From an uncultured bacterium (lineage in GTDB: Bacteria; CSSED10-310; CAZUFC01), in contig CAZUFC010000107.1 in NCBI GenBank assembly GCA_964619725.1, positions 1-16,688 on the forward strand: 16,688 nucleotides of DNA, in the 5' to 3' direction. Position 1 is the stretch's first letter. The number at the start of each line of letters is the position of its first letter. A model generated the notes under the pieces. The model was not told the DNA's origin. It worked only from the letters and a program-made list of their open reading frames with translations, and did no database searches. A program made the position numbers and the translations under genes. Below are positions 7,554-16,317 of the stretch, piece after piece.

Positions 7554-8978
7554 TCAACGCCGGTTTCTCTCCATGCTGCTCTCCACTTTCCCCCCGGTTA
7601 TGATTACCCTGACCGTTTCCAGCAGAATAACCAGGTCAAGTCCCAACGACTGGTTATAAATATAAGCCAGGTCGTATTTAAGTTTATTTTCGGGTGAAGT
7701 GGCGTACCCGCCGTTGACCTGGGCCAGTCCTGTGAGACCTGGTTTTACCTTGAACCTCTCGGAATACCCGGGTATTTTTTTCAAATTGAACTCGATAAAG
7801 CAGGGACGTTCGGGACGAGGCCCCACCAGGCTCATATCCCCTTTCAGGATATTGAACAACTGGGGCAGTTCATCCAGTCTGAATTTACGCAGTAAACCGC
7901 CCACGGGCGTCAACCTCTCATCTTTTTCATCGGAAAGCACCGGTCCCGTATTTTTTTCGGCATTGGGCATCATGGTACGGAATTTAAGGATATCGAAGGT
8001 CTTTTTATCGACTCCAACCCTTGTTTGTCGATAGAGAACGGGGCCGCGTGAAGTAAGTTTAATCAGTAGTGCGATCAGCGGCAGGAGAGGCAGAGAGAGA
8101 ATCGACACCGCCGAAGCCACGCATAAATCGAATAATCTTTTGAAGACTTTTTGGTAGTCCAGGGCCGGTTCGCGAACGACTTCCACCAGGGGAATGTCGT
8201 AGATTCTCAGTTGATTGACCTTTCCGATCATCAGTTCGTAGCATGAAGGGATAAGCGATATGCGCGCCGGCGTTTGTTCGAGTCTGGTGATGGAATCGAT
8301 GAGTTTTTCCTGCCAGGAATTTGATGCTGCGATAATTATTTCATCAATGGAATGTTTTCTCGCCAGCTCAACTATCTGGTTTCTGTTTCCCAGAATGGGG
8401 CGTCCGTGGAAGCTTCTGACGGTCGGCCAGTCTTCCGCCTCCGAAACGAAACCGACAACCTGCAGACCGTAAGAAGGCAAACGCTCGATTTCTTTCAACA
8501 GCTCTCTGGCCGCGTCGTTCGTCCCTACGATAAGGACCTTCCGCCGGTCCTGTTTCCGGCTCCAGATACTCACGATCAAAGACCTGATGAGCACAACTCC
8601 CACAATATCTATGATCCAGTATACAGCGAATACTGACCGGGGAAATTCCGTCTGGATAAAAAAACGAAATGCGGCCATGAAAAGCACCTGCACGGAGACG
8701 GCCTTGGCCGTATTGACCAGGTACCGGCGTTTGATCAACAGGATGGAATAATCATACAACCCGAAAAAATATAAAAACAGGACCTGAGTCAGCGCCAGAA
8801 GCGGAAGATAATGCTGTATCTGACGCCAGCGCATCAGAGGTATCGGCTCCTGAAAAATCAGCAGATTCGTCAGAGACCTCACCGCGAAAGCTCCGGCATA
8901 CGCAGCGAATACAGCGATCAAATCGGCCGCTATTATTATCGCTATCGCTCTTTTTCTGAAACGCCTGTTTTTATTCAT
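7554..8978 (-). CDS. Polyprenyl(undecaprenyl)-phosphate glycosylphosphotransferase (WcaJ/WbaP-like priming sugar transferase)
   Basis: Four N-terminal TM segments, a Rossmann-like VLIVG domain, and the C-terminal sugar-transferase motifs KRLFD, KFRTM, LDELPQLFNILKGDMSLVGPRPE, KPGLTGLAQVNG, KLKYDLAY. Confidence 0.95.
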   Translation of the reverse strand: MNKNRRFRKRAIAIIIAADLIAVFAAYAGAFAVRSLTNLLIFQEPIPLMRWRQIQHYLPLLALTQVLFLYFFGLYDYSILLIKRRYLVNTAKAVSVQVLFMAAFRFFIQTEFPRSVFAVYWIIDIVGVVLIRSLIVSIWSRKQDRRKVLIVGTNDAARELLKEIERLPSYGLQVVGFVSEAEDWPTVRSFHGRPILGNRNQIVELARKHSIDEIIIAASNSWQEKLIDSITRLEQTPARISLIPSCYELMIGKVNQLRIYDIPLVEVVREPALDYQKVFKRLFDLCVASAVSILSLPLLPLIALLIKLTSRGPVLYRQTRVGVDKKTFDILKFRTMMPNAEKNTGPVLSDEKDERLTPVGGLLRKFRLDELPQLFNILKGDMSLVGPRPERPCFIEFNLKKIPGYSERFKVKPGLTGLAQVNGGYATSPENKLKYDLAYIYNQSLGLDLVILLETVRVIITGGKVESSMERNRR

Positions 8979-9897
8979 GCTTCTTTTCTTCTTCTCCTAT
9001 CCGGAGCATCCTTTCTGAAGAGAAAAGTTTGAGTGAAAGTAAGACCAGCGCTTCATGCAGTTTAATGCCTGATTCGATCATCCTGTTCAAAATATACGGG
9101 TTGCGGCTCGCATAATGTTTCCGATAGAACAGCCTCATCGCCCTGTGCCCTTCTTTTACCGAGAGCATAACTTCCTTTTTGCGGCTCTGGCCTCTGTAGT
9201 GTACGATGGATGCATCAGGAACATAATATATTTTTCGTCCGGCATCCGCAAACCGTTTACACAGGTCCAGGTCCTCTCCGTACAGAAAAAACGAATCGTC
9301 CAGCATACCGATTTCCTCTATATCGCGCATCCGGCCCATCAGGAATGACCCCGAAACAGCATCCACCTCCGTCAGCACATCTTCCCTGCCCCTGATTTCA
9401 TACCCCTGGAACAGCCGGGACCGCGGAAACAGCCGGGATAAACCGAAAAGAGTGCAGAAGGAGTTACGCATGGTGGGAAATCTTCTTCGGCATGGCCCTT
9501 GCGTGCTTCCGTCAGGATTCAATACGCGGCATCCGGCGATTCCCGCCTCTTCATGCCAGTCCATAAATTCCGTCATGATCCGCAATGTGTTCTTTTTAAG
9601 ACGCGTATCCGGGTTCAAAAGCAAAAAATAAACGCCTCTCGCCCTTTCCAATCCCTGGTTGCACGCTGAAGCGAATCCAACATTCGTCTCGTTCCTGATG
9701 ACCGTCATATCCGGGAATTTTTCCTCTATATCCCTGACGCCCTTGTCCGGCGAAGCGTTATCCACTATGATTACCTGCATATCTTCGTCGAATTCGCTCG
9801 CTTCCACCGAATACAATGTCTCCTCCAGAAAGGGACCCGTATTGTAATTCACTATGATGACCGTCAATTTGACGGATGCTTCCGACCTCTCGTTCAT
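8971..9897 (-). CDS. Glycosyltransferase family 2 (WbbL/rhamnosyltransferase-like)
   Basis: IIVNYN, IVDNASPD, NVGFASACNQG, LLLNPD, VSGSFL, FFLYGEDLDLC. Overlaps the next gene by 8 nt. Confidence 0.93.
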   Translation of the reverse strand: MNERSEASVKLTVIIVNYNTGPFLEETLYSVEASEFDEDMQVIIVDNASPDKGVRDIEEKFPDMTVIRNETNVGFASACNQGLERARGVYFLLLNPDTRLKKNTLRIMTEFMDWHEEAGIAGCRVLNPDGSTQGPCRRRFPTMRNSFCTLFGLSRLFPRSRLFQGYEIRGREDVLTEVDAVSGSFLMGRMRDIEEIGMLDDSFFLYGEDLDLCKRFADAGRKIYYVPDASIVHYRGQSRKKEVMLSVKEGHRAMRLFYRKHYASRNPYILNRMIESGIKLHEALVLLSLKLFSSERMLRIGEEEKKHE

Positions 9898-9909
9898 CTC
9901 AGCTTTCGA

Positions 9910-12159
9910 TTACTGCCGAAACCATTTGTGAAAAATTACAGCGATGACGATATAGTTGAACGTCACGATCAGAAAAACCGCGGGATATCCGAACAGCATG
10001 GGCAGAATAATGGCCGACACCGTTCCTGTAACCGAACCCAGCGCATCCAGCGCATAGGCCAGAACCACACCTTCACGGGACTGAAAACGCATCTTGTTGA
10101 GTCCTGACGGGAAAGGAACACCCAGGATCAGGCCGACCGGGAAAAGCATCAATATCGTAATGCCCGTCCGCATCAGCAAAGAAAAATCCAGAAGGAAAGA
10201 ATTCAACACCTTCAGATAAAAAGGCAATACGAACATCACGATGATAAGCGCTCCGAATGCGGCGGCAGGACGCCGGGGGACCGTTTCCGTCTTACGGGTC
10301 GCCATATAAAGTGAAGTGATGCCCATGCCCACCAGCAGCGTCGTTATAATTACGGAACTGGAAATGTGAGGCGCGCCGAACGATACGACAAGCTTGTGGA
10401 TCAGGACTACTTCCAGGAGCATGAATCCGAAACCGGTACAGAAAAAGTAGAGCAGCTTGACTTTATTGCCGGAGACGAGATCGGACTTCAACCGGCGAAA
10501 AGCTATAATAATAGGGATGCCGATGATCAGGACCGCAAAAACCATGATTTCACCCAGAAAGAAACCCAGTATCCGCGGCAATCCTTCCCGAATATAAATA
10601 AAAGGATTGCTGTCGTAATTCGGCTCCACCTCCTTCGCCTGGGCAATAAAATCTTCTCTATCAGTCAATACCGTATGAGGCGGAATGATGGATAACAATC
10701 TCTGACGATCAATGCCGCTGTTGTGATACAGCAGATGAATGGTTCCCGTTCCCCGGCGATGCTCAGGTTTCGTGAAATCGAATACCGCCGTCTTATCGGG
10801 TTGTCCCGTGGCCGTTACCATATTCTTGTAAAGCTTCATAACCATACGGCTGTATTCCTGCGGATCGGACGGATTGGTCACCAGAGCGTATACCGCTATC
10901 ATTCCGTCTGGCATCAACAGCTCGTAAGCATCACGGAACGATTCCACCGTGTAGATGTAATTTTCCGGCTTGAAAATGCTCTGGGCCGCTATCGTCGTCG
11001 GCGAATCGATCAGAGCATACACGATTAGATCATATTTCTTCTCGCTGGTCTTTAAATAATGACGCCCTTCACCTGCAAAATAATCCGTGTTCTCCCTGTG
11101 GATATAAGGCGCATAATCCTTTAAGCCTCGCACAAGCCCCACCACTTCAGGGTCCAGCTCCACTGCCGTTATCCTCTCCGAATCCGTCAGCTCCTGCGCA
11201 AAATAAACTTCTTTTCCTCCCCCTGCTCCGATAATCAATGTCGATCCGCCGGGCTTCGCATAACGGAACGGCCAGGTCACCTTCTGATCGAAAAAACTCT
11301 TGTTCCCTTCCTTCAAAATGTAAGTTATCGGAGCGCTGTTGTAATAAATGTAAGTCGATTCCCCGCGGTCCTTGTAATTTATGCGATGATACGGAGACCA
11401 TCCGGCAAGAGACGCCTTCTCAAACCGGGCCGATCCCGGTCCTCCGGCCAGTGAAATCGCACTGATGAAACCTCGATTGAGATCGTCCCATGTTACGAAA
11501 TAAAATACGGTCAGCAGCACGGTTAAAGAAAGGCAGATCAAATGCCATACAGGACGCGCCTGCTTGTGAAAAAAACGGTAACCCACCAGAAATATCCCGA
11601 AAATGATCGGCGCCGTCGATATGACCAGAGGATCGAACAGGTCCAGCAACAGAATGGGAAGAAGACCGCCCAGAGCTGATCCGATAAGATCAAACGCCCA
11701 TACCGATAACAGCTTCCTGCCCGATTCCGCAGAGCGGGAAAATATCTTGGCTATCGCCAGCCCTGACAAAATAAAAGGTATCGTGATCAAAGGCATGAAT
11801 AAAAACGAATAAGATAAAAAATGCTTCCAGCTCCCGATCGTGTAAAGCAATACGCGATACTTCAAAAGAAGATAAACCAGCACGTAACTCAACATCATGC
11901 TCAGGGGAATCATAGGCAATATCACCGATAACTTTATCTTCTTGCGGTACAGAACCACCATCATGCTGCCGAATCCCAGTCCCAGTATCGCCCCGCTGAA
12001 AAAAAACGAAGACGTCAACCCGAACGCCATCCGTATCCCAGTGATGATCCGTAAAAAATTCAACTCAAAACAAATGAACGATGCCGTCAGTAAAAAAACA
12101 TAAAAAGGAAGGCGAAAATTCTCCTCCCTTTTATCGCCTGCTGATAAGTTTTTTTCCAT
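9910..12159 (-). CDS. Integral membrane protein with a central class I SAM-dependent (spermidine-synthase-like) transferase domain
   Basis: About 7 N-terminal and 6-7 C-terminal TM helices, each set with a (W/Y)A-x-D-x-x-GS-x-x-G motif. The central domain has WSPYHRI, LIIGAGGGKE, VELDPEV, GEGRHYL, YDLIV...DS and YIYTVESF. Confidence 0.85.
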   Translation of the reverse strand: MEKNLSAGDKREENFRLPFYVFLLTASFICFELNFLRIITGIRMAFGLTSSFFFSGAILGLGFGSMMVVLYRKKIKLSVILPMIPLSMMLSYVLVYLLLKYRVLLYTIGSWKHFLSYSFLFMPLITIPFILSGLAIAKIFSRSAESGRKLLSVWAFDLIGSALGGLLPILLLDLFDPLVISTAPIIFGIFLVGYRFFHKQARPVWHLICLSLTVLLTVFYFVTWDDLNRGFISAISLAGGPGSARFEKASLAGWSPYHRINYKDRGESTYIYYNSAPITYILKEGNKSFFDQKVTWPFRYAKPGGSTLIIGAGGGKEVYFAQELTDSERITAVELDPEVVGLVRGLKDYAPYIHRENTDYFAGEGRHYLKTSEKKYDLIVYALIDSPTTIAAQSIFKPENYIYTVESFRDAYELLMPDGMIAVYALVTNPSDPQEYSRMVMKLYKNMVTATGQPDKTAVFDFTKPEHRRGTGTIHLLYHNSGIDRQRLLSIIPPHTVLTDREDFIAQAKEVEPNYDSNPFIYIREGLPRILGFFLGEIMVFAVLIIGIPIIIAFRRLKSDLVSGNKVKLLYFFCTGFGFMLLEVVLIHKLVVSFGAPHISSSVIITTLLVGMGITSLYMATRKTETVPRRPAAAFGALIIVMFVLPFYLKVLNSFLLDFSLLMRTGITILMLFPVGLILGVPFPSGLNKMRFQSREGVVLAYALDALGSVTGTVSAIILPMLFGYPAVFLIVTFNYIVIAVIFHKWFRQ

Positions 12160-12235
12160 TATGCTCTTTCCCGATCCCTCGCATGAACTGTTTAATTATT
12201 ACAAATGATGATCACCAGCGCTCAACGCTCCGCTG

Positions 12236-12264
12236 ATTGTAATGATAAATCAATTTACAGACAA
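12236..12264 (-). promoter_or_regulatory. Putative sigma70 promoter of the glycan operon
   Basis: Minus strand TTGTCT-N17-TACAAT, 76 nt upstream of the 12159 start. Confidence 0.5.
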
Positions 12265-12432
12265 GACATTTTCATCGATTTTTCAGGAATCATCAAATAA
12301 CGGCTGTAATTCGTCTTTATCAAAAAAAATCCGCATGTTGAAATAACCTGATGCCAAAATAAACCATACCCGCAAATATCTCCCTGACTGACTAAAGGCC
12401 GTATTTGCCCAGCGCGCCATGCTAAGCTAACC

Positions 12433-12510
12433 GGGGTCGGGATCGGGGTCGGGGTCGAGATCGGGATCGTCATCGGCATCGCAATCGCAATCGGCATCGC
12501 AATCGCTTTC
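12433..12510. repeat. Intergenic degenerate hexamer array (GNNRTC)13
   Basis: ggggtc gggatc ggggtc ggggtc gagatc gggatc gtcatc ggcatc gcaatc gcaatc ggcatc gcaatc gctttc (the last unit deviates at the R position). Confidence 0.95.
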
Positions 12511-12568
12511 GAATCAAAATATTAAAAATACCCTCACCGAAAAAAAAACAGGATACTTTATCAGAAAC

Positions 12569-12592
12569 TGCCGAATCCCACTTATTCCGGCA
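12569..12592 (-). terminator. Possible terminator after the Smr gene
   Basis: TGCCGAAT...ATTCCGGCA stem immediately after the stop; only a short GTTTC tail on the minus strand. Confidence 0.4.
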
Positions 12593-12594
12593 TC

Positions 12595-12906
12595 TCACTC
12601 CTCGTCCTCACCCATAACCGAAGGATCAAGCTGCACTACGACGGCTCCCCATCCCCCGCGAAAAGGCTCCGCATCCCGATACCTCACCACGCCAGGATAC
12701 CGGTCCAGTATCGATTGCACGATCCTTCTCTGCACGCCCTTTCCCCGTCCGTGTATGATCCGCACTTCTGTAAATCCCCGCTTCTTGCACTGATATAAAT
12801 ACTCCGGAACCACCTCTTTCGTGTCCCTCGCAGAAAAAGCATGCAGATCGATCACATCCTCTATCTCGACTTCAAACGCTTCCTGATTGTCAGTTGCTTT
12901 TTCCAT
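12595..12906 (-). CDS. Stand-alone Smr-domain (MutS2 C-terminal-like) endonuclease
   Basis: VIDLHAF, VRIIHGRGKGVQR and GGWGAVVV are the Smr signature motifs (DxH and GxG intact). Confidence 0.93.
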   Translation of the reverse strand: MEKATDNQEAFEVEIEDVIDLHAFSARDTKEVVPEYLYQCKKRGFTEVRIIHGRGKGVQRRIVQSILDRYPGVVRYRDAEPFRGGWGAVVVQLDPSVMGEDEE

Positions 12907-13411
12907 AATCCACTATGTCCGAGGGACACGCGACCATTAATTCCTTTACGTTCTGAAATACGGCATCCGCGGAAACCAGTACGTCTGCTTTTACTCTTAC
13001 CGCTGAAGCCAGAATGACGGAATCGTTCGTCATCATTCCATATTTTTCCTGAAACAATAATCCTCTTTCAAGAACATCCTCTCTGGTGCATGACTCAAAT
13101 TTCATTCCCAGCGAAATAAGCGCAGCTATTTTATCTCGATACGTTCCGAGCTCCTTGATTAATTCGGTCTTTCTCGCAAGCTTTCCCGCCGGAGACGGTC
13201 CGCGTACTTTATCCAGCATAACCGCTTCAGCGACCATGAGTTTATGGATTAACTCCTGCCATACGGTCTGAGGTAAAATTACCGTCAATTCATCTTCTGA
13301 ACAGCGTCTGACGAATTCCTGCGCTTCGCGGGAGATTCCCTGCTCAGCATATAAAAGTATATTGGAATCAGCAACACATACACTTTCTGATGGTATATCC
13401 GTTAAATTCAT
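12890..13411 (-). CDS. vapC: PIN-domain (VapC-family) toxin
   Basis: Acidic PIN residues in VADSNILLY, VWQE, TNDSVILASA and LVSAD. The ATG at 13411 overlaps the antitoxin stop (ATGA); the ORF track starts at 13420. Confidence 0.9.
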   Translation of the reverse strand: MNLTDIPSESVCVADSNILLYAEQGISREAQEFVRRCSEDELTVILPQTVWQELIHKLMVAEAVMLDKVRGPSPAGKLARKTELIKELGTYRDKIAALISLGMKFESCTREDVLERGLLFQEKYGMMTNDSVILASAVRVKADVLVSADAVFQNVKELMVACPSDIVDYGKSN

Positions 13412-13653
13412 ATATCCCATCCGTCCTCTTGCAGTATCTCCTCAAAATCTTCCCTGTCTATTTTAATCGGATTTCTGCAGAAAAATCGATATGCGGCCTT
13501 TCGTTCCTTTTCATCGTGCTTCTTACCTTTGGTATACGCAACCAGCGCTTCCTGAATATATTCGCTCAATGTCTTACCTTCCTCCGCCGCATTCCTCTTT
13601 GCACGTCTGAATACCCCCTCATCTATGATGGTTCCTATCTTTTTTTTACTCAT
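13408..13653 (-). CDS. Ribbon-helix-helix antitoxin (VapB-like)
   Basis: Strong SD GGAAGGAG before the ATG at 13653. KKKIGTIIDEGVFRRAKRNAAEEGKTLSEYIQEALVAY fits the RHH pattern. Acidic C-tail; directly upstream of the PIN gene. Confidence 0.85.
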   Translation of the reverse strand: MSKKKIGTIIDEGVFRRAKRNAAEEGKTLSEYIQEALVAYTKGKKHDEKERKAAYRFFCRNPIKIDREDFEEILQEDGWDI

Positions 13654-13670
13654 AAAGACTCCTTCCTTTT

Positions 13671-13704
13671 TCAAGAATGACATACTTTTCAAGATAAATC
13701 AAGA
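13671..13704 (-). promoter_or_regulatory. TA promoter with three TCTTGA repeats (candidate autorepression operator)
   Basis: Minus strand TTGATT-N17-CATTCT with an extended TG. Plus-strand TCAAGA occurs at 13671, 13689 and 13699, overlapping the -10, spacer and -35. Confidence 0.55.
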
Positions 13705-13874
13705 AAAAGCGAATCAGCATGCCGTTCATTACATTTCCTATCATTACCGGTCTATTATACCATTCTGCAGTTCCCGCAGAACAGTCTGAAATATCTATGC
13801 AATGCCGAAAAGTCTTTTCGTTAATAACTCACGCGCGGCATATCTTTTCCCTGCTGAGAAAAAAACGTCACGCG

Positions 13875-14147
13875 TCAGTCCTCATCATTGATGTTCAGCG
13901 ATTTCAAAAAGGCTTTATCTTCTTCAGTCAATGAAAAGAGGTCTTCGACTTCTTCGTATCGGAGTTTATTTTTCTTTTCATTTTCGAGGAAATTAAAACC
14001 GACAACCACGCTGACGATGGCTTTATAACCCTGGTCTCCGATTTTTCTGAGGACTTCCTGCAGGTCTTCGGAATTTTCCAGGACCCGGCGGAGGGCGGAC
14101 CGGAATTCGTTCATGAGCTCCTCTTTATTTATAGAATCATCATTCAT
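13875..14147 (-). CDS. Small acidic hypothetical protein
   Basis: SD AAGGA, protein-like composition (amphipathic helices, a GYKAIVSVVVGF strand) and C-terminal LTEEDKAFLKSLNI. I recall similar small proteins from Acidobacteria-like genomes but have not verified this. Confidence 0.8.
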   Translation of the reverse strand: MNDDSINKEELMNEFRSALRRVLENSEDLQEVLRKIGDQGYKAIVSVVVGFNFLENEKKNKLRYEEVEDLFSLTEEDKAFLKSLNINDED

Positions 14148-14235
14148 TACGATAATCCTTTACTTTCGTCTTGCCGATCACTCACAAAAGCCCCTTCCAG
14201 GATCACTGGACATCAACAACGGGCTTCTAATTATT

Positions 14236-14264
14236 TATATAAGAAAAAGGGACTGAAATTTCAA
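14236..14264 (-). promoter_or_regulatory. Putative sigma70 promoter of the 90-aa gene
   Basis: Minus strand TTGAAA-N17-TATATA. Confidence 0.4.
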
Positions 14265-14356
14265 ATTATCGGCAAAAATTTTCAGGGTCAAAAGGAAAGC
14301 TGATCTTTGAAGAATAATGCGGATAAAGGAATTGCGGCAAGGACGAAAAATAAGCC

Positions 14357-15625
14357 TCAGGCAATGGATTTACTGCACTCTGTTCTCTCCTCAATCCATT
14401 CTGAAATCAGAGGAGCGACCTCTAGCGCAGCCCTGGGACTCAACCGAAGGTCATTATGACCGAAACCTTTTAACCGTATGAATGTTTTATCTTCAGAACC
14501 TGCAGCGGTATAATCGCTCTCCCTGACCGCTTCCGGGGCGGCCCAGGGATCGTGATTCCCTGTTATGAAGTATAATGGAGCAGTAACGCGGTCGAGATAA
14601 CGGGCGAATGCGATCGTTTTTTTGCTCTGTTTCAAGCGATAATAGGAATGGCACTCTTTCCTGCGGGCCCATTCTGCGAACTGGTAGGCCGTGCGAACCG
14701 GCGTATCCTCCAGGGTTTCCATAAGTTCATGCCTGACCAGTTCCATCACCATATTCCGGGGATGCCACAATTCCCTGGACAGCGGCGTCAAACCCATAAA
14801 ACAGATTATGTTGGATAATTGAGGAATGACAGAATCGGTTTTTTCGAACAGGAGCGAACTTCCTGTGGGAAACCGTCTTATCCGTTCAAGAACGCCTTTG
14901 GCGACCGGATTACGTAGTAAACCGAAAAAAAACTTCATGCCTGAATTCATCAATGTCCCCGGTTTCAGATCAATACGTCGGGAAATAGCCCATCGGGATA
15001 TGGGCGGAGTCGCCAGTAACGCGACGCCCCGTATTCCGCTGTTGCGTTTCCTCGCCTCCTCAAGGTCCATCTCCAGCCTAACGGGACAGGCATTGCCCGG
15101 CGATAAACGAATCCTGCCTCCGGACAGCAGACGTCCCAGGTTATACTTTCCCGGTTTCTTCAACCCGACAGGCTCCCGTTTCAAAACCCCGCCGGTCAGA
15201 TACATCAGAGCGCTGACGCCGCCCATGCTTTGACCTATGATGAACGGTTTCATGCCGGTCTTGCCGGTTATCTTCTCCACCAGCGCCGGCAAATCATAAA
15301 ATGCGTAATCGTCCAGAGACGGCGAATAACGCCCCGATTCGCTGCGGAACGGAAAGCGGCCGTGATTGCGGAAATTGGCCATCCATACGTCGAAACCCAG
15401 GTCGGAAAATATCCTCCCCATACCCAGCTCCCTGTAAGGACAATCCCATCCGTTCGCATTCTGCGCCGCTCCATGCAAGAACAACAATGGAATCCCGCCG
15501 GCGCAAGGATACCGCTTTATCCCCAGAATCACACCGTCTTCCGTTACTGCATGCTCTCGAGCAACGCAACGAAAATCCGTCCCTCTGTATACTTCACTCG
15601 TCCCCGTAAAAAAATTCAATTCCAT
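14357..15625 (-). CDS. Alpha/beta-fold hydrolase (lipase/esterase-like)
   Basis: Oxyanion motif LFLHG, GFDVWMANFRNHG, nucleophile elbow GQSMGG, acid residue in GNHD, catalytic His in FGHNDL. SD GAGGA. Confidence 0.92.
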   Translation of the reverse strand: MELNFFTGTSEVYRGTDFRCVAREHAVTEDGVILGIKRYPCAGGIPLLFLHGAAQNANGWDCPYRELGMGRIFSDLGFDVWMANFRNHGRFPFRSESGRYSPSLDDYAFYDLPALVEKITGKTGMKPFIIGQSMGGVSALMYLTGGVLKREPVGLKKPGKYNLGRLLSGGRIRLSPGNACPVRLEMDLEEARKRNSGIRGVALLATPPISRWAISRRIDLKPGTLMNSGMKFFFGLLRNPVAKGVLERIRRFPTGSSLLFEKTDSVIPQLSNIICFMGLTPLSRELWHPRNMVMELVRHELMETLEDTPVRTAYQFAEWARRKECHSYYRLKQSKKTIAFARYLDRVTAPLYFITGNHDPWAAPEAVRESDYTAAGSEDKTFIRLKGFGHNDLRLSPRAALEVAPLISEWIEERTECSKSIA

Positions 15626-15688
15626 ATCCTCATTTTAACCTGATCCCGTCGCCGATGCCATTCCCATAAACATCGGCAAATTTATGAT

Positions 15689-15704
15689 AGCAAATGCCGT
15701 GCCA
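15689..15704 (-). promoter_or_regulatory. Sigma54 (-24/-12) promoter of the hydrolase
   Basis: Minus strand TGGCAC-GGCAT-TTGCT is an exact TGGCAC-N5-TTGCW match, 63 nt upstream of the ATG and correctly oriented. Confidence 0.85.
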
Positions 15705-15888
15705 TAAAACAAAAAGTAATAAGCCGCAGTAACTCCCATTTTACAATGCCTCCACAGCATCACCACGGAACCCGTCAATGATAGGTGCGTAAATTACTCG
15801 GCAAAACCGGGTAAAAAATTTCGCTCATGAAAAGGACGATTAAAGTAATGAACCTTCTTCCCGCAAAATCGTCCGAATGAATTCTGTC

Positions 15889-16178
15889 GTCCTTTCCGTC
15901 CCTTTGGTCCTTTGGCCCCTTTTAGTCCTTTTAAAAAATGGATTTCGACAAGGCAGACTTTGAAACGGAGGCCGAGGAAATTACCATTCCAAACGAATTC
16001 ACCTGACCCGATACAGGCCAAAATGAAATACAGGGAATGGAATTCCGGGGCGTCTTGCTGAACGAAGAAATGAACAATATCCGGGGCGATTATGGGGTTT
16101 TTGAATTCGGATGTGGGCCCTGATGCAAAGGGACAAAGGGACCTAAAGGACCTAAGGGACCTAAGGGACGGAAGGGAC
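15889..16178. repeat. Inverted pair of 9-mer tandem arrays
   Basis: Left 15889-15932: gtcctttcc gtccctttg gtcctttgg cccctttta gtcctttt. Right 16126-16178: caaagggac aaagggac ctaaaggac ctaagggac ctaagggac ggaagggac, which is reverse-complementary to the left array. Confidence 0.9.
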
Positions 16179-16256
16179 TCCTGGAATGCTCAATCATTTG
16201 TTTGAGCAAAAACCGGCATCGGAAAATTAACCGTCTCAAAAAAGAAACGGAATTTT

Positions 16257-16311
16257 GGGTCTGATCATACCGGGGCTGCACTTCTTTCATAACTTTTGAC
16301 GGTTTGTTTCG
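16257..16311. repeat. 55-bp direct repeat, copy 1
   Basis: gggtctgatcataccggggctgcacttctttcataacttttgacggtttgtttcg, identical to 16634-16688. Confidence 0.97.
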
Positions 16312-16317
16312 TTAATC

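Noticed and set aside
9758-9766. DnaA-box-like TTATCCACT
   Set aside because: A single 1-mismatch site inside the GT2 coding sequence, not clustered with others.
12255-12497. 80-aa ORF MPIAIAMPMTIPISTPTPIPTP...
   Set aside because: Produced by the hexamer array; no SD, and it runs into the promoter region of the glycan operon.
15794-16290. Collagen-like peptides (GPKGRKG; PLGPLGPLGP) in ORFs 15794..16021 and 16090..16290
   Set aside because: By-products of the 9-nt periodic arrays, which occur in both orientations; the flanking residues are not protein-like.
16225-16317. Integron attC site (AATTAAC...GTTAATC bracketing a hairpin)
   Set aside because: The R boxes deviate from RYYYAAC/GTTRRRY, the L boxes do not pair in the attC register, copy 2 lacks the upstream TAAC, and there are no cassette ORFs or integrase in the window.
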